This document shows, in pieces, positions 37,728-49,141 of a stretch of 64,000 nucleotides of DNA. Under the pieces are notes generated by a model that worked only from the letters and a program-made list of their open reading frames with translations, was not told the origin of the DNA and searched no databases. Source of the stretch: Octopus sinensis. Its lineage: Eukaryota. The stretch spans positions 4,836,001 through 4,900,000 of the forward strand of contig NC_043013.1 of assembly GCF_006345805.1 (NCBI RefSeq), given 5' to 3'. Position numbers and translations under genes: made by a program. How positions within the stretch are numbered: the stretch's first letter is position 1; each line of letters begins with the position of its first letter.

Positions 37728-38384
37728 GATTGAAAATAGAGCAAGTTCAAGTTTAATCATTTTTTAATTGTATTTGAATTACAATTTTTGTTTTCACTTT
37801 TGTAGTTGCATTTACTTTAAATGATAAATGATAAGAAAACTATGTTTTCAAAGTTATGCCAAGCCCCATACATGGATCTGCATTCGATGAAGTAAAATCT
37901 ATCCTTCAAAATGGTTACAATACCAGAAATATTGAAAAATAGACATTTGAGCTTGCGAGAAACTTTGATGTGATAGAGCAAAATTGATTTGATTTTTGAA
38001 ATCAGCATCCCAAAATTACTAAGAAACATGTCTCCAACACTGGACAACAAAAATTATATTCGTTAGTGTAATTTTTCATGCTGTTGTTTAAAGTACAACT
38101 TTTGATATGTAATTTATCAATGTATCTTATACATGGTGCATTAAGAAACTAACTAGAAAGTACCAAAAATAGCAGGTGAAACAGTAGGTTATTGTAATGC
38201 ATGAACTGTTAAAGAGCTAACTAGAAATACAGTTATTATAAAACCACTGGTCGATGATCAATATTAATTTCATTTTATCAAGGGCAGTGGATTGGCAGAA
38301 TCCTTAGAGTGTCAGATAAAATGCCTTACACTATTTGTTCCAGCCGTTTATGTTCTGAGTTCAAATCCTGCTAAAATTAACTTT

Positions 38385-38553
<169 letters not shown>

Positions 38554-38999
38554 ATTGTTAAAATATAGTACTCGTCAAATACTGTGATTAAGGTAATCAA
38601 CTTGTTGCCTTCACTAAATTGCTGGTTTTATGACTAAACTAGAAACAATTATTTTCTCTTTTCAAATAAGCTGCGACCTCATTTGCTGCCTTCCCTTGAT
38701 AAATAAAATTATTTAATTGTAAATTATAAATTTTCCACTTATTTCATTTTCATTTCATGATAATTATCACTAAATGAAAATGAAATACTTGGAAAATTTA
38801 TAATTCAGTAAATTTATTAAAATTGAATGCAATAGTATTGATCATCATCTTTTGCATAATTTTAACCACATTTTAAATTATAAAATAATTATCATTAAAC
38901 ACTTAATTCTTGATTTTCTTCTATTCTTTTCAGATCTGCCAATATCTTAACACAAGAAGTTTATCTGATGTTATTAAAGAATTTTCAGAAAGATCAGCA

Positions 39000-39544
39000 A
39001 TGTCAATCCGAGAAAAAAGGCATCAGAGGTCATTGGACATTTCAACAGAAGAATTTAACCAAAAGAATAATAGATATAAAATGGTTTCCCAAGACCCACT
39101 TACTCAGAAAAACTCAAAACATTCCAGCTGGAGAAAAGATATCAATAGTATTTTGATTCTATTTTTCCTTTATATTCTTCAAGGTGTTCCTTTAGGATTA
39201 GCAGGTAGCATACCAATGTTACTTCAGACTCGCCAAGCTAGTTACCGAGATCAAGCCTTGTTCAGTTTTGTTTATTGGCCGTTTAGTTTAAAACTGCTTT
39301 GGGCACCCATTGTTGATTCTATTTTCATTTCATCACTGGGCAGGCGTAAATCTTGGCTGGTTCCTTCTCAGTATCTCATTAGTATTTTTATGATCTTTCT
39401 CTCCTACCATATAACAGACTATCTCGGTGACAAAAGCACACCTCCAAGTATATATTTTTTGACTTTTTGCTTCTTCATTCTTAACTTTTTGGCTGCAACA
39501 CAAGATATTGCTGTGGATGGCTGGGCACTGACTATGCTATCTAA
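39000..39544 (+). CDS. SLC33A1: SLC33A1 acetyl-CoA transporter, first coding exon (exon begins 38934)
   Basis: MSIREK...LFFLYILQGVPLGLAGSIP...WPFSLKLLWAPIVDS...GRRKSWLVPSQYL...FLAATQDIAVDGWALTMLS|GTAAGT; hallmark AT-1 motifs. Confidence 0.96.
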
Positions 39545-39626
39545 GTAAGTTTCATTTCCTTTTATATTCAAATTGTTTTGTTTTCTTCACATTTTGTTTT
39601 TATGCAGATAAATATTTATACACATA

Positions 39627-40020
39627 GGCGCAAGAGTGGCTGTGCGGTAAGTAACTTGCTTACCAACCACATAGTTCCGGGTTCAGTCTCACTGCGTGGC
39701 ATCTTGGGCAAATGTCTTCTGCTATAGCCTCGGGCCGACCAAAGCCTTGTGAGTGGATTTGGTAGATGGAAACTGAAAGAAGCCTGTCGTATATATGTAT
39801 GTGTGCGTATATGTTTGTGTGTCTGTGTTTGTCCCTCGAGCATTGCTTGACAACCGATGCTGGTGTGTTTACATCCCCGTCACTTAGCAGTTCGGCAAAA
39901 GAGACTGATAGAATAAGTACTGGGCTTACAAAAAATAAGTCCCGGGGTCGATTTGCTCGACTAAAGGCGGTGCTCCAGCATGGCCACAGTCAAATGACTG
40001 AAACAAGTAAAAGAGTAAAG
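39627..40020 (+). mobile_element. SINE family A
   Basis: Full-length copy. Confidence 0.85.
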
Positions 40021-40255
40021 AGTATTCCCAAGACTCATTTTTCTTTTCAGTTTGTTGTTTTTAATTTTATTAAGTAGAACAGAGTTTTACTTTTAAATGA
40101 TATACAGTTAGACAACTAAATTAGCAGTTTCCTGCATGTGGTTTATGAACTGTAACTCCTGCATCCTTGCCTATGCAATGCTAATATTTATATCTTAATG
40201 TTTTACAATGCTAATATTAACTGATAATTCTTCTCATTAATTTTTCACTGTCTAG

Positions 40256-40410
40256 GGACAATGTTGGCTGGGCAAGTACTTGTAATTCGGTTGGACAAAC
40301 AGCTGGATATTTTCTTGGAAATGTATTATTTCTAGCTTTAGAATCTCCAACGTTTTGCAATAAATACCTTCGTTCTGTTCCTTCATCAGAAGGAATTATT
40401 ACTTTGGCAG
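40256..40410 (+). CDS. SLC33A1: SLC33A1 coding exon 2 (155 nt)
   Basis: TAG|..DNVGWASTCNSVGQTAGYFLGNVLFLALES..|GTGAGT. Confidence 0.96.
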
Positions 40411-41226
40411 GTGAGTCCATATTTTTTATTTTACAATTTTTTATAACAATGTTTTGTTATTCATTGCATTATTGGAAGGTTATCTTCAGTATAGTAATTC
40501 AATAATTATAATATCACATTTGTAAACCACATTTTCAGCTAAACATTGATCAGAAAGCAGACAAAATGTTTTGTCTAAACAATTGCATCCAATAGTAATT
40601 CGAGAGAATACTCTGTAATTGCTTCCTCTTCATGTCTGTCCATCAAAAGATTAAAGCTCAGCTCTCATTTATGTATACAACTGCTATTTGTTGTTATAAA
40701 CTTTTTCTCCATAGTACTTATTTATAACTTGACGAATTGAGCTATTAGGAGTTGAGTACTTTTGCATTAAACATGACTCTACATTGTAAATAGAATATCA
40801 ACTGACACCCTGTTGATTCAACAAGTAATTTAGTTCTTTTTTTCCCGTTTCAATCATATTTAGAAAAGCATAAAATCTCACATATAGTTTCATAATATAA
40901 TTGAGCACTATGGCTGTTCCAGTGGCATACGACAAACATTATTTATGTATCTACTTATATAAAATACACAATTAATTAATTAATTTAAAAGTAATGTGTT
41001 AAAGCCTATCATCAAATATAAATGCAAATGAGACAGAAACAAAAATAACTGAGGGGAAAAACATCTGAGAGGGAAAAAATATATAAATATACACGCTTGA
41101 TGCATGCAAATATGTATAGATATATATACACAAATACATGCCAGCAAATATATATGTATATAACTACATACATGCATGCATATAAATATATGTGCATATA
41201 TATATATATTTATATGTATATATATA

Positions 41227-41606
41227 CTCTTTTACTTGTTTCAGTCATTTGACTGCAGCCATGCTGGAGCACCGCCTCTAGTCGAGCAAATCGACCCCGG
41301 GACTTATTCTTTGTAAGCCCAGTACTTATTCTATCGGTCTCTTTTTGTCGAACCGCTAAGTGACGGGGATGTAAACACACCAGCATCGGTTGTCAAGCAA
41401 TGCTAGGGGGACAAACACAGACACACAAATATATACATATATACGACAGGCTTCTTTCAGTTTCCGTCTACCAAATCCACTCACAAGGCATTGGTCGGCC
41501 CGGGGCTATAGCAGAAGACACTTGCCCAAGATGCCACGCAGTGGGACTGAACCCGGAACCATGTGGTTGGTTAGCAAGCTACTTACCACACAGCCACTCC
41601 TGCGCC
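41227..41606 (-). mobile_element. SINE family A (reverse)
   Basis: Full-length reverse complement of family A. Confidence 0.85.
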
Positions 41607-41666
41607 TATATGCATATATATCTTGTGCATATATGTGTGTGTGTGTGCGTGTGCATATATATATGC

Positions 41667-42170
41667 AGGATGGGCCAAAGTTAGTGCCCCAAATTTATGT
41701 GTCTGTTAGTTCTGTAGGTTCTTGATGCATGCTGTTATTATTTCTATATGTCAGTGATTCTTCGACGTATTGAATTTTGTGAGAGAATACTGGCAGAAAC
41801 CAGGGATTCCAGATTTTTTGATCAACTCATTTTCTCTGATGAAGCGACCTTCCACGTTTCTTGTCACGTCAACCGCCATAACTGCTTCTATTATTCAGAA
41901 AATGACCCTGAACTGGTTTGGGAAAAGCACGTCAATTCACCTCCTCTTGAGCTATTACAGCGATATTGTCTTCAGGAATCTGTGCATTCCATATTCAGTG
42001 AGAATGGTGATTGTTAGCTGGCGTCGTATGAAAACATCATCTGGCCATATTTTCGATACCATCATTCTAATCATTCCAAAATCTTTGTGCAAAATGGAGC
42101 ACCTCCTCATTATGACAAACGTGTAAGAAACTTCCTCGATCAGCACCTACGAAATTGTTGGATTTTCAAA
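41667..42170 (+). mobile_element. Tc1/mariner (DD37D-like) transposase relic
   Basis: FSDEATFHVSCHVNRHNC and QNGAPPHYDKRVRNFLD. Confidence 0.75.
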
Positions 42171-42459
42171 AGCTCAAGTTGTGGCACTAATTTTGCCCCC
42201 CCCCCTCTCTCTCTCTTTCGGAGAGGCACAAGCACCTACACGCACATATACACACACAGCAGTAACTTCCGCCTGCCAAATTCAATCACAAAGCTTCGGT
42301 CAGCTCGGGGCTATAGCAGAAGACACCTACCCAAAGTGCCACGCAGTGGGACTGAACCCGAAACCATGTAGCTAGGAAGCAAGCTCCCTAACCACACAGC
42401 CATGTGTATATATTTAAAGGACATACTATATGTCTTCAATTGCTACTAATAGTTTCACC

Positions 42460-43150
42460 ATCATTTAACATCTGTTGTCCATGCTGGCATGGGTTGGACG
42501 GTTTGACTGGGCTGAAAGGCTGCACCAGACTCCAATCTGATTTGACATGGCATTCTACAGCTGGATGCCCTTCCTAATGCCAACCACTCCAAGAGTGTAG
42601 TGGGTGCAATGACCAAAGGTCTTGGTCATTGCCTCTGTGAGGTCCAATACTCAAAAAGAACTCAGCCACTTTGCCTCTGTAAGGCCCAATGCTTGAAAGG
42701 TGTTCTTTACATGCCACCAGCATGGGTACCAGTTAACACAATTATGATTCCACTTGGCTTGATGGGTCTACTCAAGCACAGCACATTGCCAAAGGTCTCG
42801 GTCACTAGTCATTGCCTCTGTGAGCCTCAAAGTTCAAAGATCATGCTTCACCACCTCATCCCATGTCTTCCTGGGTCTACCTCTACCACAGGTTCCCTCT
42901 ACAGTTAGAGATCAGCACTTCTTTACACAGCTGTCCTCGACCATACACATCACATGACCATACCAGCACAATCGTCTCTCTTGCACACCACATCTGATGT
43001 CTCTTACGCCTAGCGAAGCATACTGGCTTCATTTCTTTCAACCCTACACATGTCCTTGGCTGTCACAGCCCATGTTTCACTGCCATGCAGCATAGCTCTT
43101 CGCACACAGATCAAACAATCTGCCTTTCACTCTGAGAGAGAGGCCCTTTG
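42460..43150 (-). mobile_element. Decayed RTE 3' portion
   Basis: Matches the RTE C-terminal coding region (catgaccataccagcacaatcgtctctcttgcac) and tail. Confidence 0.8.
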
Positions 43151-43799
43151 TTGCAGTAGGGGTAGGAGCAAAGTCTACTTCTGTATCTACTGTTTATGTA
43201 CGGTTTAGCAACCCTAATATGTCCCAACTGAGATCAAATTTAACATTTTCATCCTTGAGCTCTCAAATCCTCATGGCTAGAGACATCTTGCCAGCCCTAT
43301 GTCTTAATTTAAAAGTTGAATAGTGGTTGCATAAGCACCCCTTGAGATTTACGGAGCAGCCGATATAAGTATAAGTATTGGTCTCCATTATAATATCACA
43401 TTTATAAACCACATTTTCTGCTAAACATTGATCAGAAAGCAGACAAGATGTTTTGTCTAAACAACTGCACCCAATGTTTTCTAATCCTTGAAATTTACTG
43501 CTACATGTACATGATCCAATGTTATTATTCAGTAATAGCTCAAGCTTCCTAGAGTTACTGGTGTTCTCATGGTTTATCTTACTATGATCATTACTATTAT
43601 GATTAAAATTAGTTGCCGAGTTCTGGGTCAGAGACTGTTGGTACTGGGCATTGACATAAGAGATTTGGCTTTCGGATAGTGATACTAGAGGGTTGAGGGT
43701 GGGTGGTATAATGGAAAGATTACCAGCACAGGTGTTAGAGTTCTGGTAGGATGAATGGAACTATTCTAAACTATTCTAAACAGGTGCCTGTAGATTGTG

Positions 43800-44592
43800 T
43801 GTGTGTGTGTCTGTATACACTGCCACTTACACTTATTCAATGACAGGACTTGAGGATAAAGCAGATCTTGCACCAACAGGTCTACCTGGCAGAGTTTGAA
43901 GAAAGCCATGAGTGTTGTGTCTTTTGGTTGCTCAATCAGTCGAGCAGCAATGGAAGCGGTGAAGTATACACGCTGGCCGATTTCAAGGTGCACTGCAAGC
44001 TGCTGGATTGGTGGATGCCTTTGATGCAGTGGAAACCCGAAAATGCACCAGAAAGCTTCGTTACTACTTATGTACCTGCCTACTTGGTATTGCGTTATTT
44101 CATCTCAGACACTGTCTGGTTGTAGGCCAAGCACAGCAGCTTCAGAGCCTTGGTTTGGCCTGCAACCAGATGGACTTTACAGAATTGCAGAGCTCAACAT
44201 TTATGTGAGCATCGAATGCCTTCGACAGGAATAGGCAGTAAGGCACTATCCATCTGTTGTCTACTTCATACGGACCAACATGCGCTGTGAATCCACCATC
44301 CTCTGGTTTCCTTCATCTGTACAGAGGGTACCCATCGTGCCCGGATTGTGTTTCGTGGAGGAATTGTTTTGGGTATTTCTTGCTGCAAACTGACCCTGTC
44401 ATGCAAGGCAACCGAAGGTTGAAACCTTGTCTGCAGGGACCATGGATCATGTTAGCCTTCACTGTCTCAAAGAGAGTCCTGTCGATAGACAGGTCAGGGA
44501 ACTTGGCTGAGATCAAATTGTCAATTGCATCGGATGCAATCCGTGTGGACAACCAAATTAGGATATGAGCATGAAGAAGACCCCTTTTCAAA
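43800..44592 (-). pseudogene. Helitron Rep-helicase fragment
   Basis: KRGLLHAHILIWL (HUH Rep motif 2), MIHGPC, CSKKYPKQF, GYPLYR and VHLEIGQRVYFT..PKDTTLMAFFKLCQ; truncated by a SINE/(TA)n at about 44590. Confidence 0.88.
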
Positions 44593-44597
44593 CACAG

Positions 44598-44650
<53 letters not shown>

Positions 44651-44815
44651 CATGTATACGACAGGTTTCTTTCAGTTTCCATCTACCAAATCCACTCACA
44701 AGGCATTGGTCGGCCCAGGGCTATAGCAGAAGACACTTGCCCAAGATGCCATGCAGTGGGACTGAACCCGGAACCATGTGGTTGGTAAGCAAGCTACTTA
44801 CCACACAGCCACTCC
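44590..44815 (-). mobile_element. SINE family A, 5' half (reverse)
   Basis: Head and body up to the (TA)n tract. Confidence 0.8.
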
Positions 44816-45633
44816 ATATATGTATATATGCACATGGGTTTAAGTATATAAGTATGCAGGCCTATATAATAGTGCATATACACACATATATGTATATGTG
44901 TGTGTGTATCTATATACACCTCTTTCTTTCTCTCTCTGATTCTTCAGCCTCCACCATCACATCAGCCAGTACAATAAACACCTCCAACTATTTTCAGAAA
45001 CTTGACCATTATATCTTATTATTCTTCCCTCCCTTTTTGAGGTTTACTACTCACTTTAATGACCCCAACCCCGTACCATTTTCTGTACCCATCCCTCCAC
45101 CTTAGTGCCTTTCAAACATATCACCCCCACCTCCCACTCCTCACACATATTCCTTCCTTACATTCTTATCTCTTCTTATCCCTCCCCTACACCTTTCCCA
45201 TTCCCTTCATTATATCATGACCACCATCTAACACTGTTTTCATTCTCTCATTTTCTTTCCTTCTTTCTTTCCTCACCTGTTCCTTTTGACCGTTCCCCTC
45301 TTTTTTTACATACATATCTATTCTCTTCTCTCTATCCACTTAATACTACCTCTACATTCTCACAATTTCATTCACACCACAAGACCCCTTTGAATGAACA
45401 GCACTTTTAATTTGTGATAACAAAATATGAACTCCTATTGGAATTTACATATCATGGACAAGAAGCATTTCTACCCATCACTTTCTTTGGATAATGGAAC
45501 TGTAACATCCTACATATATTTTTATTTTTACTTATTCTCTTATTTCCCTCTATACTTCTTATTTCCATCCTTTTCCAAAACAACACCTTTATATTGAACT
45601 CTAATATTTCCCTCTATTTAATCATTTCACATT

Positions 45634-45681
45634 GTGTCTGATGAAGGGGTATCCCTAATATCCCAGAAACAGCTGTAAGAC
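45634..45681 (+). ncRNA. Minimal type-I hammerhead ribozyme motif (Penelope-like element terminus)
   Basis: GTGT-CTGATGA-A-GGGGTAT(CCCTA)ATATCCC-A-GAAAC-AGCT-GTA-AGAC; palindromic helix III; predicted cleavage after A45677. Confidence 0.55.
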
Positions 45682-46124
45682 TAACTTTCTCTTTATAAAC
45701 GTCCTGAAAATTCCACACAGCCTTGGCTTTGTTGTCACATTTTATTTAACACATACATATATATACATATATAAAGGAAAGATAGTGTTTGGGTGCGAAT
45801 ACAGCTTTAATCATCATTTAATGTCTGTTGTCTATGCTGGCATGGGTTGGAATGTGTGACCAGGTTTGGCAAATTGGAGTGCTGCACCAGGCTCCAGTCC
45901 GATTTAGCATGATTTCTATGGCTAGATGCCCTTCCTAACACTAACCACTATGTGCTGGGTGCCTTTACATGGCACCACATGGCTGCTTTTACATAGCTTT
46001 CTGACTGGATATTTTATGAAAGACTTCAATGTACAGTATTGAATATAATTTAAGTAAAATGTTTAATTTATTTAATCTATTCTTTGAAAATCTTTAAACC
46101 TTCAAACTTGTTTTTGTTTTTTAG

Positions 46125-46306
46125 GATTTCTTTTCATTTGTGGTATTATATTTTGGGTGACCACTTCTTTGATACTTGTGTTTAAAAGAGAGAAACCTGA
46201 GACTGATTCAATGAATCTTGGCATCGTTGCTACTTACAAAGTGCTGATAAAAGTAATTCAGTTGCCAGCCGTCTTTTCACTTAGCTTAATATTCCTTACT
46301 TCAAAG
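46125..46306 (+). CDS. SLC33A1: SLC33A1 coding exon 3 (182 nt)
   Basis: TAG|GFLFICGIIFWVTTSLILVFKREK...LIFLTSK|GTAAAT. Confidence 0.94.
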
Positions 46307-47134
46307 GTAAATAATACTTTTCTTCATTCTTCTATTTACCATTGATATTCTATGCTGGCACATATCCTTTTCTGACTTGTAAAGACCTTCAGTGGCACCT
46401 GGCATCCATGTATCTGACTTCCACTTCTTACAATCAGTTCTGAGTACTTTTTCATCCTACAGGTAGGGACCATTTGTAAATACATGTACCTATCAGTTTT
46501 GATCCCTTTCCTTTATACAACAGATGTTTTTAATTCCCAGCTACTTTCTTACCTCAGGTTCTCTCAATAGTGTCAATGTTTGAAATTGGCGTAAACAGTA
46601 CGGCAAACTTAAAACTCTGCCTAGTAATAAACAAACAAAAATAAAAACATACAATCAATATTATCCATGTCATTACATTTTTTTCAGTCAGGAATATCCA
46701 TATCATTATGTATGTCAGTGGTGTTCCATTGCGATATGTAGAAACTCCAAGCAATGTAAAACATGGCCCAAACTGTGCTTACCAGCATGAATGTCAGACT
46801 TCAAAAAGTAGTCAACCATTTAATGGTTTTAGTAAATTTATGCAGAAAAAGTAAGCATTATACCGTCCAGCATAAATGAAAGTCAGCTTTATATTTAAGC
46901 CATTATTTTTTCTGTAAAAACCGTTTTTGACGTTAAATGAGTAAACTTCTGCTACAAACTTTCACGTTTTGTACTTCTTTTTGCAATAAAAAAGATTTCA
47001 AAGAAATTCTGGAAACAATCTACTCATATAGTTTACACATCCCCTAAAGTTTATTTATATTTTTGCGATAATAAGTGCGTAAATTACATGGGTTTTTACG
47101 GTCAAATCAAATCACAATCATGATAAGCACTATT

Positions 47135-47434
47135 CATTCATGCATGGGTCACTGCCAGAGCCGCCTAGGTGGCTCCCCATGCCAGTGGCACGTAAAAAGC
47201 ACCATCTGAACATGGCTGATGCCAGTGCCGTCTGACTGGCTCCCATGCCAGTGGCACGTAAAAAGCATCCACTACACTCTCGGAGTGGTTGGCATTGGGA
47301 AGGGCATCCAGCTGTAGAAACATTGCCAGATCAAATTGAAACCAGGTGCAAGCCTCCTGGGTTGCCAGTCTCCAGTCAAACCATCCAACTCATGCCAGCA
47401 TGGAAAATGGATGTTAATTGATGATGATGATGAT
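47135..47434 (+). mobile_element. RTE 3'-end copy; others at 50355-50525, 53225-53567 and 55892-56184 (+), and 27669-27859, 45810-45990 and 57089-57250 (-)
   Basis: Shared tandem unit, ...CCATGCTAGCATGGAAA and (GAT)n tail. Confidence 0.8.
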
Positions 47435-47524
47435 ATACATACATACATATATATATATATATATTATATATATATATATAATGGCTATTTTCACCTGTAA
47501 TTCTTCCTTAACATTCTCTTTCAG

Positions 47525-47709
47525 ATCGGTTTTGCTGCTTGTGATTCTTTGACAGGATTGAAGCTGATTGAAGCAGGTATTCCAAAAGAACAGCTAGCAT
47601 TATTTGCCATTCCTCTCATACCAATCCAGATAATTCTTCCACTTTTAATCAGCCGCTATACAAATGGTCCTAGACCTATGGATATTTACTTGAAAGCTTT
47701 TCCATGCAG
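47525..47709 (+). CDS. SLC33A1: SLC33A1 coding exon 4 (185 nt)
   Basis: CAG|IGFAACDSLTGLKLIEAGIPKEQLALFAIPLIPIQIILPLLISRYTNGPRP..|GTAATC. Confidence 0.96.
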
Positions 47710-47868
47710 GTAATCTCTTTAAAGATTATAAATTATGTGCCCTATTTTGTTGCAATAACATTTTATTGAGACTTATGAATGGAGGAATTGCATTGTAAAG
47801 TTGGCAACTAAAATCCATATCTTTGGTCTTTTGCTTTTCTATTTGCATTTCTTGGCATAAAAAATGTA

Positions 47869-49141
47869 TTGGGTTGGCCAAAAAGTCCGTTCGGTTTTTT
47901 TTTAGTATCAACTGTCCGGTCTTCTTTAGTCACTGTTCCGATATTCTTTTTCTTTAGAAACTGTGTTCGGTATAACGACCAAGGTTACATCAGTGTGTAA
48001 CAAGCCTCAAAGTAGAGAGATTGCAACTTGTTTGATTGCATTTGAGCCTAGACATGGAAGACCGGGCGGAGCACTATCGGCATCTTATGCTTTTTTACTT
48101 CAGAAAAGGAAAGAAAGCAATAGAAACTTGCCAAAAGTTATGCAATGTGTATGGAGAGAATGCTGTTTCAGAACAGGTGTGCCAGAAATGGTTTGCTCGA
48201 TTTCAATCAGGAAATTTTTCAGTAAGAGATGCACCTCGCTCTGGCCGGTGAAAAGAAATTGACATCGACCAACTGAGAGCTGTAGTCAAACAAGACTGCA
48301 GTCTTACGACCAGACAAATCGCAGATATTCTTAACATATCCGAAACAAGTGTGGAAAATGAATTGCATAAACTTGGTTACATTTCTAAACTTGATGTTTG
48401 GGTTCCCCATAAATTGACAGAAGCAAATCTTGTCCAGAGGGTTTCCATTTGCAATTCATTATTGAAAAGGGAAAACAGCGAACCCTTTTTGAGAAGAATT
48501 GTTATTGGAGATGAAAAGTGGGTAGTTTACAATAATGTGAAATGAAGAAGATCATGGAAAAAAGCAGGGGATTCTCCAAAACGAACACCCAAAGCAGGTC
48601 TTCACCCAAAGAAAGTTCTGTTATCATTATGGTGGGATTGGAAGGGTGTTATCCTTTTTGAACTTCTTCCTTTGAATAAAACCATCAATTCAGAGGTTTA
48701 TTGTGAACAACTGGATAAATTAAACACGGCCAGAACTGGTGAATGGTAAAGGCGTTGTTTTCCACCATGACAACGCAAGGCCACACACTGCTTTGATTAC
48801 TCGGCAGAAGTTGCTGCAGCTTGAGTGGGAAGTTTTGCCTCACCCTCCATACTCTCCAGATCTCGCCCCATCAGATTTCCATCTGTTTCGGTCACTGCAA
48901 AATTCATTGAATGGAAAAAATTTTAATTCTGATGAAGACGTGAAAACTTTCTTGGAAACTTTTTTTGCTAATAAAGAACCTAAATTCTTCGAACAGGGGA
49001 TTAAGGATCTATCCAACAGGTGGCGAAAGGTTATAGAAGCAAATGGTAACTATTGTATTGATTAAATACATTTTTCACAATTGTTTACTTTGTTTTGATT
49101 TTCACCTAAAAAAAAACGAATGGACTTTTTGGCCAACCCAA
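47869..49141 (+). mobile_element. Full-length decayed mariner (mellifera-subfamily-like, DD34D); transposase 48054-49065
   Basis: TIRs TTGGGTTGGCCAAAAAGTCC(G/A)TTCG with TA flanks; WVPHKL, GDEKW, HDNARPH and YSPDLAPSD motifs; stops at 48249 and 48543 and a frameshift near 48726. Confidence 0.95.

Noticed and set aside
36050-38090. Possible DNA-transposon subterminal sequence or unknown ORFs (36921-37286, 37154-37372)
   Set aside because: No matching TIR pair, TSD or recognisable protein motif; left unclassified.
47940-48060. SETMAR-like SLC33A1-transposase fusion via the cryptic acceptor ttctttttctttag at 47957
   Set aside because: Splicing from the phase-2 donor reaches TAA after about 14 codons and is out of frame with the transposase, which is itself disrupted.
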